From the NCBI GenBank assembly GCA_963977015.1, contig CAXBMO010000010.1:96001-160000 (forward strand): a DNA stretch of 64,000 nt, read 5' to 3'. How positions within the stretch are numbered: the stretch's first letter is position 1; each line of letters starts with the position of its first letter. A program made the position numbers and the translations under genes. This document shows, piece after piece, positions 49,499 through 59,216 of this stretch. Source of the stretch: an uncultured bacterium. GTDB lineage: Bacteria; Verrucomicrobiota; Verrucomicrobiia; Verrucomicrobiales; DEV007. The notes beneath the pieces were generated by a model that did no database searches, had not been told where the DNA came from, and saw only the letters and a list, made by a program, of their open reading frames with translations.

Positions 49499-51676
49499 AT
49501 GACGCGTTTTCGACAGATTCTTGGCCAAGCGCTTGGCGTTTTGCTCGATCCCAGATGGTATCCATTTGTTGCCACGCCTTTGGTTGGGCTCGCGGTCTTA
49601 CTTGGGATTTCGCAGGATTGGTTTCAGCGTCCTGAGTTTGTTCTAGACGATTGGAGGATGCGGAAAGCAGCTGAGAAGGGAGGGAAGGTTGACTCTCGTT
49701 TGCTCTACGTGGGAATCGATGATTCGTCGATCGCGGAGTTGGGGCGTTGGCCTTGGGAGCGGAGCGTTCATGCGGGGTTCTTTTCGGTTCTGTCGAGTGA
49801 TCCACCCGGCGCGATCGCCTACGATATCTGGTTTCCGGAAATAAGCGGCAATGCTCAATCCGATGCACAGTTGGCGAATGCGGCCGCGAACGCAGGTTCC
49901 GGAGTATTTGCAGCCGTGGCCAGAAACGCGGAGGGACCGGGCTACAACCAGACTGATTTTGGATTTACGTTTCCGCTTGAGAACATTGAAGGCTGGCCGG
50001 GCGACCGTCATGGAAACTCGGAGGCGATTCTTCCGTATGAGGCTCTTGCCGCGAGTGGGTTTGTTGGATTTGTCGACAGCAAACCTGATGTCGATGGTGT
50101 TCGTCGAAGCTTGCCGCTCGTCGTGCGTGTCGGGGATGACCTTTACCCAGGCTTGGTCATTCAGTCGTTGATGACCTATTGGGGCCTCGATTCGTCGCAC
50201 CTTTCCATCTCCCTTGGAGATCGTCTCGTGATCCGAAGTCCGGAAGGCGAAATTTCGATTCCGATCGATGAGAACGGTGAGATGCTGATCAGTTGGCGAA
50301 ATCAGGAACAGTTTGGTTACGAGGGCTTTTCCGACCTGTTGGGCGTCCTGGGCTATGCCGCGCGGGAGAATCAGCCTCCTCCGAAGGAGTTGTCGAACCT
50401 GGGAGAGCGAATTCTCGTCGTGGGGCAGAACTCGACCGCTCTTGCTGATGTTGGGCCCACTCCGATCGAAGCGGACACGCCCTTGTCGACGACGCACCTC
50501 AACGCGTTGAATACGATTCTAACTCGCGATTTTGTGAGGCGTGTGCCCCAGCCGATCATGTTGGCGCTGTGGTTTATCATCGCGATTTGCGGAGGGCTTT
50601 ATCTCCGCGATCGAGGAGCTTTGTGGTCTGCGGCATTGCCGCTCGGCATGACGCTGGTCTACCTGGTTCTCGCTGAGCAACTCTATCTCAAGGAGCGAAT
50701 TCTTCTGCCGATCACCTGGCCAATTGCCTCCCAAATTCTGCTCCATTTCGGGGCTGGCACAGTTCACTGGTTGAAAGAGCAGAAGCAGCGTGAGCAAATC
50801 AAATCGATCTTCTCAACCTTGGTATCCGGACCGCTGCTTGATCACATCCTGAAGAATCCGGATTCGGTGAAATTGGGAGGTGAATTGCGTCCTGTGGCGG
50901 TGTTCTTCAGCGATATTCGAAGCTTCACCACTTTTAGTGAGAATGCGGCTCCCGATGAGTTGGTCGAGTCGCTGAACGTTTATTTCGGAGAAATGGTGGA
51001 TTGCGTTCACCAACAGAATGGGACGCTGCACAAGTATATCGGGGACGCGATCATGGCCGTTTGGGGAGACATTCTGGACCAGCCGGAAGAAGAGATTGCC
51101 TGTGAAGCGGTTCGAGCCGCTTTGGAAATGCGGACGAAACTCGCAGCCCTCAATCAGCGGTGGCGTGACGACGGAGAAATGGAAATGCATATCGGAATGG
51201 GCATCAACTTTGGCGAAGTCCTGGTCGGATACATTGGTGCCCCGGAACGAAGAGAGTTCACCGTGATTGGCGATGCGGTGAATACGGCATCACGCCTGGA
51301 AGGATTGACCAAAGAATTCCGAACGGATTTGGTCATCGGTCCCAAGTGTCACGAACTGGTTGGAACTGAGTTTGTAACCCGCCTTCTGGGAAAGATTCAG
51401 GTCAAGGGGCGGCAGGAGTCGCTCAAGGTCTTTGAAGTGTTTGGGGAAACCACGAAGATGCCGGAGGAACTGCAAACGTGGGTTGCTCGATTTGAGGAAG
51501 CCATCCAGCTCTATTTCGAGCGAAAATTCGCGGAAGCGCGGGCGAAATTTGAAGAATGCTTAAGGGAGCGCAAGGACGACTACGCGGCCGGACATTACGC
51601 TGAGCGGTGTCGGGAATTCGAAGCCGAGCCGCCGCCAGCCCAATGGAGTGGCAACTATGTCATGACGTCCAAGTGA
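49499..51676 (+). CDS. CHASE2-domain class III adenylate cyclase
   Basis: IDDSS..LGRWPW.R and DVDGVRR (CHASE2); three TMs; FSDIRSFT, KYIGDA and GDAVNTASRLE; TPR-like tail. Confidence 0.93.
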   Translation: MTRFRQILGQALGVLLDPRWYPFVATPLVGLAVLLGISQDWFQRPEFVLDDWRMRKAAEKGGKVDSRLLYVGIDDSSIAELGRWPWERSVHAGFFSVLSSDPPGAIAYDIWFPEISGNAQSDAQLANAAANAGSGVFAAVARNAEGPGYNQTDFGFTFPLENIEGWPGDRHGNSEAILPYEALAASGFVGFVDSKPDVDGVRRSLPLVVRVGDDLYPGLVIQSLMTYWGLDSSHLSISLGDRLVIRSPEGEISIPIDENGEMLISWRNQEQFGYEGFSDLLGVLGYAARENQPPPKELSNLGERILVVGQNSTALADVGPTPIEADTPLSTTHLNALNTILTRDFVRRVPQPIMLALWFIIAICGGLYLRDRGALWSAALPLGMTLVYLVLAEQLYLKERILLPITWPIASQILLHFGAGTVHWLKEQKQREQIKSIFSTLVSGPLLDHILKNPDSVKLGGELRPVAVFFSDIRSFTTFSENAAPDELVESLNVYFGEMVDCVHQQNGTLHKYIGDAIMAVWGDILDQPEEEIACEAVRAALEMRTKLAALNQRWRDDGEMEMHIGMGINFGEVLVGYIGAPERREFTVIGDAVNTASRLEGLTKEFRTDLVIGPKCHELVGTEFVTRLLGKIQVKGRQESLKVFEVFGETTKMPEELQTWVARFEEAIQLYFERKFAEARAKFEECLRERKDDYAAGHYAERCREFEAEPPPAQWSGNYVMTSK

Positions 51677-51892
51677 TGCGAGGTGATTTTGAGAACTCCT
51701 CAATTGGCATTTTTCGAATGAGAACGTGCTTTTCCAAAATTAAAGCTATAGGATTGGTTAGGGTTGGGCGAATCCTTGTTTTTCGGCGATAAGAACGGGT
51801 TCAATTTGTTGAAATTCCAAAAAATGGAGTTCATTGTTGATAGTTGACCATGGGAGCGCTTGCGAGCGCGGTCTAATTCAACTTATACGGCC

Positions 51893-54800
51893 ATGAAATC
51901 GCTCATTTTTTTCCTGGCGCTAGCCTTCGTGATCATCCACGCCGTTGGCCTGCGGCAGTTCGCACAACTCGACACGGAAACCGCCATTGAGCTTCGCTCC
52001 GCGGCTCAATTGAACGACGATCTCGCGGAGATTGAGGTCGATGCCGAATTCCGGGATGCCACTCTTCGAGGACGTGTCGATTCCCTCGAGGCGAAACAGC
52101 GTGCCGAGAAATTGGTCCGAGAAATCATCCCGACTGGCCGGACTCGGTTGAAGAACGAGATTCAAGTCGTCCAGGATAGGGCAAGTTCCTTGATCGCCTC
52201 AGTGGCTGATGGCGTGGTTGATGTTTATGGGGTCGTGCCTTCACCGGTGCTGCGCAATCAGTTGGTCGCAGCGGCTCAATCGGTAGGCAAGGGGAAGAAA
52301 GTCAACGATAGCGCCCTACAGGTCGATAGTAAGGCGGAGTCCGAACCTTGGTTGGTGGAGATGCCGGAGTTCGTGAAAACGTTTTTGGAAAAATCGACCG
52401 ATGGGCGGATCGAGGCGACCAAGTTGGGCTTGAAACTGCAAGGGCAGTTCGAGACGCAGAAAGACAAGGACTTCGCCATGCGCAAGGCGCATCAAATGCT
52501 GCCATCTGCGAGGATTTTTGACGAAACCAAAGTGGCTGGGCCACAACCCGCTTCCCTGATCGTGAGTCGAACGGGAGGAAAATATAAAATTGGCGGGACC
52601 CTTCCTTCCACCAGCGCCGGCAATAGCCTGACTTCGAACTTGGTTGAGTGGGACCATTCCGCCAGAGTGCTGCTCGACCCAGCGGTGATGGATGCGGCCT
52701 GGGTTGACGGAGCTTGGGAAGCAATCAATGGATTTTTCGGCGAGGTTCAGGGAAATGCGTCGGTCGAGATTGATTCTGAAAAACTGGTCGTGAACGGAGA
52801 AGTGCTTTCCGCTGGACGTCAGATTCAGGCCCTGAAGTGGTTTAGCGGGGGCCCGTGGAAGAAACTGGATATCCTGGCGGAAGGATTGGTCGTCAGACAG
52901 CCCAAGCCGTTCAAGCTGGAGATTGCCTCTAAAGATGGCGCAATGAACGTGAGCGGAACCGGGTCGCAGGCTCAAAGTGCGCAGATCATGGAGATTCTCA
53001 CCAAAACGGAAGCAACCGTGTCGGGTAAAGTGAATCCGGTCTCAGGCATTCAGCAACCTGGTTGGTGGAAGTCCTTTCCCGAACTTGTGCAACGGTTCCA
53101 TTCGGTGGCCGATGACGCCCAACTGAGCATCCTGAACGATCGAATCACGATTCAAGGGCGGATGAAGGCCGGGGAGAGCGAAAACGACTTCAAGAAGCAA
53201 TTGGCGGCGATTGGTGGATTGCCTTCTCCAAACATTAGCGGTTTGGAGTGGCCGGCTTTGAAAGCGCCGTCGCTGGCCTTGGTCCGGAACCAAGACGGAA
53301 GTGCGGTTTTGCGCGGAGCGGTCGCGACAAAGGCTGAGGCTGATCTCATCGCGAATGCCATCTCCTCAACGACTCCAGATTTGAAGCCAAAATTGGAGGT
53401 TTCAACCACTGCGGGTTTGGGGAGTCCTGCCTGGATCAAGCAGTTTCCTGCATGGTGGAAAACGGTGAGCGAACTCATCCCGGATGCCAGCTTCGATGTT
53501 CGGGACGGCAAGGTGGAACTCAAGGGACGTGGAGCGAAGCCTGAATCGTTGATTCAAGTCGCCGGCTTAATGAAAAAGACGTTTGGTGACCAGGTTGCCT
53601 ACACCTATGTGCCGATGGACATGCCGACTGCGAAAGAAGCACCAAGTCTGGTTTTGAAGCGGGGAGCAACGGGGATTGAATTGATTGGCAAGGTCGCTTC
53701 TGAAAAGCAACGCAGTGCGATCATTGCCGCTGTCAGGGCCTCGGAACGCGGTGTCGTCATTCGCGGCGCTCAACTCAAGGTCGACGAATCGGTTGATGAC
53801 GTGGGCTGGGCGGCCAGCTTTCCAACCTGGTGGCAGGAGCTACGACGCAAGGTCAAAGACCCTGCTTTTGAAATGGATGGGAAGAGCTTCAAACTAACCG
53901 GGGAGGTCGTTTCTCCAGCTGCCAATCAGGAATTGGCCGGATGGGCGAATGACGCCTTTGGCAAAAATGTGCTGGACCGCTCGAAGGTTTCGATTCCCAA
54001 ATCCCGTCAGCCAACGCTATCCATTCGTGATGACGGCAAGGTTATTGTGGTCGAAGGCGAAGTTCAGAGTCCGCAGCAGGGAAAAATGATTGTGGACGTG
54101 ATCCAGGCCAACAATCGTGATGCTCAAGTTCGTTCGACCTTAACAGCGGATCCGTTCGTCACCACTCCAAGTTGGATCACCGGTTTCAAGGGATGGTGGC
54201 CAAATCTGGTGCGCAACGTCAAGGCTCCGTCTCTTTCGTATCGCAACGGCCAACTGAGCGTTGAAGGAAAAGCTTCCGCATCAGGGCTGGATACGCAGGC
54301 CGAGAAACTGCTCGTCACGGCCTTCGGAAAAGACGTCAAGGAGAAGAGCTTCAAGATTGTGGCCCCGATGGAAAAAACGCCATGGCTGAAAATTGAAGCG
54401 GATTCCAAGGCGGTCGTCGTTTCCGGGCTCGTCCCGAGTGAGGCGGACAAGAAGGCGGTATTGGACGCATTGCAGAAGCTGCCCGGATTCAAAAGTGATG
54501 CCCGGGTTACCGTCGATGCCGGTGTCAAGGATGCACCTTGGTCGAAAGGGGTTGCAGAATATGCCAACAAACTGGTTTCGCTTCATAAGGAAGGGCGAAT
54601 CGAATTGGAGAATGATACTGCGGTCGTTGAGGCTGTGGTTCCCAACAACGACGAGAAAAGCCGCCTGGAGCAGGAATTCAAAGTGGCTCTCAACGGAGCC
54701 TTCAAGATGGATTCCAAGATCACGCTGGCGGTGGCGCAACCAGCCCAACTGTCGTTGGCGAAGACCGGCAACGATTGGATTCTCCGTGGGAAAGTTCCCA

Positions 54801-56209
54801 CGGCTGAGGATAAAAAGCGCGTGGTTGACGCCGTCAAGAATACGGATCCGAGTGTGAAGGAGCAAATCACGGTGGCTGAGGGAGTTACGCGGCCCAAATG
54901 GCTTTCCGAATTTCCAAACTGGTGGTCGAAGTATCGCAAAGAGGTTCCAGAAGGTGGATTCGTGGCCGAGGGGAACAATGAACCATCGTTCAGTGGTCGA
55001 TTGGCGAACCGTGGCAGCGATGGGAATGCCGCCAATTTGCTTGCCGACGTTTTTGGAGGCAAGAAGATGAAATTCGATTGGCAGATGCCAACGTTGAAGC
55101 GGCCGCGGCTGAGTATGAAGCGGGACGCCAACGGAGTCATTCTCGACGGGATGGTCCCCACCGTGAAATACAAGGCAGATATTGAGGCTGCCGTGAAAAA
55201 GACGGAAGCGAAAGTGACCAACCGAATCGCGGTCGATCCGGATGTCGACGCTCCAGGTTGGCTCGAAAAATTTGGCGAATGGTGGCCGAAACTGCGCAAG
55301 GACATCCCGGACGCCACCTTTACGCTTGATGGAGACGATAATTCCAAGATTGAGGGAGTTGCGGATGAGGCAACAAGTGGCCGGGTTGGCTCATTTCTCT
55401 CCGGCGTGTTTGGCTCGGGGATCAAGTTGCCGAAGCTCGAGACCCGCATGCCTGCGCCGACCAAATCTCCATGGCTGCAATTCAAAGGCGACAAGTCGAC
55501 GATTGTCGTCTCTGGAGAAATTGCCGACGAGCAGGCAAAGCGCGATCTTCTCGCGGATTTGGGCAAATTTAAGGGCAAGGTGGATTCCTCGGGTCTCCGG
55601 ATTACTTCCTCCGTGAAGTCTGAATCGTGGACTGGTGCTGCCGGTGACTATGTGGTCGAATTGGTTGCCGCCGCAGGCCCTTCAACGTTGAATCTGCGGG
55701 ATGGAAAAGCGGAGGTAAATGCGACCCTTCCTTCCCAGTCTTCGCGGGATCAAATGGCACGTTCGCTGGGGCAGGTCGTTGGAAACGGCTTCCGAATCAC
55801 CGACGGCCTGAAGGTGGGCTCAACGTCACCAGGCAAGAATTCGGGATTGATTCTGCAGGATCTCCTCAAGGGCCAACGAATCTATTTCCCGAAAAACTCA
55901 TCGTATTACAACTCAACGGAGCGAGCCAAAATCCAGCGTTTTGCGAATGAGATCAACCAACTCAAAGAGGACAACATCACCGTCTATTTGATTGGCCATG
56001 CAGATGCACGAGGCCGGTCTGATTACAACCAATGGTTGAGTGACAAACGGGCAAATCGCGTCAGTCGTGCTCTTTCGAGTTATGGGGTAAAGGCCAGTTT
56101 TGTTCAGGTGGAAGCCAAGGGGGAGCGGGATGCTGCGCCACTGCGAGCCGGGGAGTCTGCTTGGAGCAAAGATCGGCGGGTCGACATCCGTGTAGGTAAA
56201 ACCAAGTAA
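51893..56209 (+). CDS. giant BON-repeat protein with a C-terminal OmpA-like peptidoglycan-binding domain
   Basis: N-terminal hydrophobic helix; BON (ATLRGRVDS); about ten ~120-aa repeats; GHADARG...NQWLSDKRA...RRVDI. Confidence 0.85.
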   Translation: MKSLIFFLALAFVIIHAVGLRQFAQLDTETAIELRSAAQLNDDLAEIEVDAEFRDATLRGRVDSLEAKQRAEKLVREIIPTGRTRLKNEIQVVQDRASSLIASVADGVVDVYGVVPSPVLRNQLVAAAQSVGKGKKVNDSALQVDSKAESEPWLVEMPEFVKTFLEKSTDGRIEATKLGLKLQGQFETQKDKDFAMRKAHQMLPSARIFDETKVAGPQPASLIVSRTGGKYKIGGTLPSTSAGNSLTSNLVEWDHSARVLLDPAVMDAAWVDGAWEAINGFFGEVQGNASVEIDSEKLVVNGEVLSAGRQIQALKWFSGGPWKKLDILAEGLVVRQPKPFKLEIASKDGAMNVSGTGSQAQSAQIMEILTKTEATVSGKVNPVSGIQQPGWWKSFPELVQRFHSVADDAQLSILNDRITIQGRMKAGESENDFKKQLAAIGGLPSPNISGLEWPALKAPSLALVRNQDGSAVLRGAVATKAEADLIANAISSTTPDLKPKLEVSTTAGLGSPAWIKQFPAWWKTVSELIPDASFDVRDGKVELKGRGAKPESLIQVAGLMKKTFGDQVAYTYVPMDMPTAKEAPSLVLKRGATGIELIGKVASEKQRSAIIAAVRASERGVVIRGAQLKVDESVDDVGWAASFPTWWQELRRKVKDPAFEMDGKSFKLTGEVVSPAANQELAGWANDAFGKNVLDRSKVSIPKSRQPTLSIRDDGKVIVVEGEVQSPQQGKMIVDVIQANNRDAQVRSTLTADPFVTTPSWITGFKGWWPNLVRNVKAPSLSYRNGQLSVEGKASASGLDTQAEKLLVTAFGKDVKEKSFKIVAPMEKTPWLKIEADSKAVVVSGLVPSEADKKAVLDALQKLPGFKSDARVTVDAGVKDAPWSKGVAEYANKLVSLHKEGRIELENDTAVVEAVVPNNDEKSRLEQEFKVALNGAFKMDSKITLAVAQPAQLSLAKTGNDWILRGKVPTAEDKKRVVDAVKNTDPSVKEQITVAEGVTRPKWLSEFPNWWSKYRKEVPEGGFVAEGNNEPSFSGRLANRGSDGNAANLLADVFGGKKMKFDWQMPTLKRPRLSMKRDANGVILDGMVPTVKYKADIEAAVKKTEAKVTNRIAVDPDVDAPGWLEKFGEWWPKLRKDIPDATFTLDGDDNSKIEGVADEATSGRVGSFLSGVFGSGIKLPKLETRMPAPTKSPWLQFKGDKSTIVVSGEIADEQAKRDLLADLGKFKGKVDSSGLRITSSVKSESWTGAAGDYVVELVAAAGPSTLNLRDGKAEVNATLPSQSSRDQMARSLGQVVGNGFRITDGLKVGSTSPGKNSGLILQDLLKGQRIYFPKNSSYYNSTERAKIQRFANEINQLKEDNITVYLIGHADARGRSDYNQWLSDKRANRVSRALSSYGVKASFVQVEAKGERDAAPLRAGESAWSKDRRVDIRVGKTK

Positions 56210-56221
56210 ATCACGAATCCG

Positions 56222-56440
56222 ATGCACGAATTTTCACCACAAACCTACGATACGATCATCAATTTGCTGAGTTCGGCGCTAGCTGGGCTTGCCGTGTTTC
56301 TTCTTGGATTATTCATGGGGTGGCTGTTCTGGCGTGATCACGGTCGCCGGTCACTGCGCCGGGTCGAATATGGGGAGATGATGAATGATCAGGACGTTTT
56401 GTCGGAGTTTGACTCTGATGTTGATCCTGAAGACGATTAG
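56222..56440 (+). CDS. small membrane protein
   Basis: 72 aa, single TM, acidic tail; 12 nt after the OmpA-protein gene. Confidence 0.7.
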   Translation: MHEFSPQTYDTIINLLSSALAGLAVFLLGLFMGWLFWRDHGRRSLRRVEYGEMMNDQDVLSEFDSDVDPEDD

Positions 56441-56472
56441 AACCTCCCGCCAAGTCCAGAATTTCCAGACGT

Positions 56473-57993
56473 ATGTTACGCGACCTTCTTTTTAACTTTT
56501 TCCACTGTGCCACGCCGGGATGCGTGATCTGGAATATCATTTACCTATTCGGCGTTTATCTTTTGGGATTGTGGATGGCTCACCAGATTTGGGTAAGGCC
56601 GTGGCGGCGTCATTGGACGGATGGCCGGGAGGGGGCTTACCAGCGCGTTTCGGCGTCGACGGTGACCCAGGAGCCGAAAACGTTGTTTGATGAAGAGGAC
56701 GCAGGCAGGGAAGAAGAGCCTGTTGGTCCGGTTCTGGGGCAAAGCGAAGAGGAGGATACAGACGAAGAAGAGGACGAAACGTCTTACCGAAATGCGGCGC
56801 TTGGTGCTGCTGGTTTGGTTGGAGTCGGCGCGGCGTTGGCGCAGGCAAGCAAGGAAGAGGATGAAGATCGAGAGATCGATGAGATTCCTGATTCTGATGA
56901 TGAAGAGCTGGCAAGACAGCAGATCGATCTGCTCCGAAGGAAATACGGCGACGAAGAGCTCAGAAACGATCCGCTACTCGGCGTCATCTACGATGATCCC
57001 CCCGTCAAATCGGATGACCTAACGCGGATCGACGGAATCGGAATGGGGCTTGAGGGCGATCTGAATGATTTGGGGGTTCATCGACTGGAGCAAATCGCGA
57101 ACTGGAGCCCCAAAAACACCAAGGAATTTTCCAAGCGGCTTCACTTGGGCGAGCAAATCAATGATGATGACTGGGTTTCGCAGGCGCGCCATTTGGTCGG
57201 GCTGAATGGAGGCTCGGAGGTTAAGGATGTGGTCGATGAGGAGGAGACTGAAGAGGATGAGAACGTTGAAACCAGTGAGCAGGCTCTCGAAGATCGCGTT
57301 GCGGAGGAAGTCGATCGTTCAGAGGTCGGGCCGACGAATGATTTTTCGGCATTGATTGCTGCGAAGTTTGCCAATGAGCATGTGGAAGCCGATCCGGACC
57401 TGGGGGTGGTTTATCTGACGACTCCGGAAGTGGATGATGACCTCACCGAAATCGAGACCATCACGGGCGATGTGGAAAGATCGTTGAATCACCTTGGTGT
57501 TCACCGGTTTGCGCAAATTGCGCATTGGACGGATCGTCAGGTGAAAGAGTTCTCAGACAGACTGGGCGTTGCTCAGCATCGGATCGAGGACGAGGACTGG
57601 GTTTCGCAGGCAGATCGCCTTTACCATGAAACCTATCGGGCCAGCAAGGTTTGGAGCGATGCGAACCCGAGCCTTGAGGAATATGAAGCGCTGATTGATG
57701 AGGATTATCAGGGCGAACAGGTTCGCGCTGACGGATTGTTGGGGGTTCTTTATACTTCACGCCCCGACGACTCTGACGAACTGACGGAGATCGACGGGGT
57801 CAGCGATCTCATGTCGCAATGGCTTCAGGACAGCGGCGTCTTCAAGTTCAAGCAAATTGCGGATTGGTCAGAAATGAATGTGACCAATTTCGCCGATCGC
57901 CTCGATCTGCCAAAAGATCGGATCTTCAGCGAGCGATGGATTCCGCAGGCGCAAGAGCTTGCAGCCAAGGCTCAGTTCAAAGAGATTGCGTAA
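56473..57993 (+). CDS. membrane-anchored acidic protein with three HhH-like (DDLxxIxGIG) repeats
   Basis: DDLTRIDGIG, DDLTEIETIT and DELTEIDGVS, each followed by L...GV....QIA.W...W..QA. Confidence 0.8.
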   Translation: MLRDLLFNFFHCATPGCVIWNIIYLFGVYLLGLWMAHQIWVRPWRRHWTDGREGAYQRVSASTVTQEPKTLFDEEDAGREEEPVGPVLGQSEEEDTDEEEDETSYRNAALGAAGLVGVGAALAQASKEEDEDREIDEIPDSDDEELARQQIDLLRRKYGDEELRNDPLLGVIYDDPPVKSDDLTRIDGIGMGLEGDLNDLGVHRLEQIANWSPKNTKEFSKRLHLGEQINDDDWVSQARHLVGLNGGSEVKDVVDEEETEEDENVETSEQALEDRVAEEVDRSEVGPTNDFSALIAAKFANEHVEADPDLGVVYLTTPEVDDDLTEIETITGDVERSLNHLGVHRFAQIAHWTDRQVKEFSDRLGVAQHRIEDEDWVSQADRLYHETYRASKVWSDANPSLEEYEALIDEDYQGEQVRADGLLGVLYTSRPDDSDELTEIDGVSDLMSQWLQDSGVFKFKQIADWSEMNVTNFADRLDLPKDRIFSERWIPQAQELAAKAQFKEIA

Positions 57994-58005
57994 TAAAGCG
58001 CGTCC

Positions 58006-59208
58006 CTACGCGGTCATCTGTTTGTAAAGCTCGAGCACGCGTTCAGCGACACTCGACCAGCTGTAGTTCTCCACGGCTCGCTTACGCCCGGCCTGGCTCA
58101 TTGCCATGCGGCGTTCGTGATTTCCCATCAACTCATTGATGGCATTCGCAAGGTCGAGGGAAAATTGAGCAGGATCAACGGGCTCGAAGGGGCTCGAAGT
58201 CTGTTGCTCGACGGGAACGAGAAGACCGGTTTCTCCGTGAACGATGACTTCCTTCATCCCTCCCACGGCCGATGCAACCACAGGAGTGTCGCATGCCATT
58301 GCCTCGAGGTTGATGATCCCAAACGGCTCATAAATGGAAGGACAGCAGAACAGCCATGCGTGGGTGTAGGCCGCAATTTTGGTCTCATTGTCGACCATGT
58401 TCTCGATCCAGATGATCTTTTCGTGCGTTTTGCTGGCTTCATCCACCGCAGCCTTCATTTCAGCGGCGATTTCGGGAGTGTCCGGCGCTCCGGCAAAGAG
58501 AACGACCTGAAAACCTGGATCGAGGTGCTTGATCGCGTTTACCAGATGAATGATTCCCTTCTGCCGGGTAATACGCCCCACGAAGAGAATGTAGGGAATC
58601 TCAACATCGATCCCAAGTTCGGCCAACTTTGCCGGGTTCGGCTTTGGCTGATACTCAATGGGATCAATCCCGTTGGGAATCACATGCAGCTTGTCCTCAT
58701 CGACGTCGAAAAAGTTCAGAACATCCTGCTTGGTCTCATCGGACACCGCAATCACCGCGTCTGCCATTTCAATGGCCGTTTTTTCGACCCAAAGGGAAAA
58801 ATCGTAGCCGCCTCCCAGTTGTTCTCGTTTCCAAGGGCGCAGTGGCTCCAGGGAATGGACCGTCAGCGCCATGGGGATTCCGTAGTTCAGTTTCGCGAGA
58901 ATCCCGCCAAAATGGGAATACCAGGTGTGCAAATGGACGACATCAGCATCGATATTCCGCGTATTGAAATTCAAGCAGCGCTGGAGCGCGCCAAAAACTG
59001 AATGAAGGGATTTGGGGGCGGTGTAGTCCGTCGTATCCACCGATTCTCCCAAGACTTCCATGTTCTCCCCGGAAAACTCCTGGGTTCCAAAGCAGCGAAC
59101 ATCCACTTCGCAAAGCTTGGCTAGTTCGCGAGTCAGGTAATCGACGTGAACCCCGGCGCCGCCATAAATCGCAGGCGGGAACTCGTTGGTAAGGATCAAG
59201 CTCTTCAT
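58006..59208 (-). CDS. glgA: GT4 GlgA (actinobacterial-type glycogen/alpha-maltose-1-phosphate synthase)
   Basis: EFPP.IYGGAGVHV, HTWY, HSLEPLRPWKREQLGGGY, GRITRQKG and YEPFGIINLEA. Confidence 0.9.
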   Translation of the reverse strand: MKSLILTNEFPPAIYGGAGVHVDYLTRELAKLCEVDVRCFGTQEFSGENMEVLGESVDTTDYTAPKSLHSVFGALQRCLNFNTRNIDADVVHLHTWYSHFGGILAKLNYGIPMALTVHSLEPLRPWKREQLGGGYDFSLWVEKTAIEMADAVIAVSDETKQDVLNFFDVDEDKLHVIPNGIDPIEYQPKPNPAKLAELGIDVEIPYILFVGRITRQKGIIHLVNAIKHLDPGFQVVLFAGAPDTPEIAAEMKAAVDEASKTHEKIIWIENMVDNETKIAAYTHAWLFCCPSIYEPFGIINLEAMACDTPVVASAVGGMKEVIVHGETGLLVPVEQQTSSPFEPVDPAQFSLDLANAINELMGNHERRMAMSQAGRKRAVENYSWSSVAERVLELYKQMTA

Positions 59209-59216
59209 AAGAGCCG

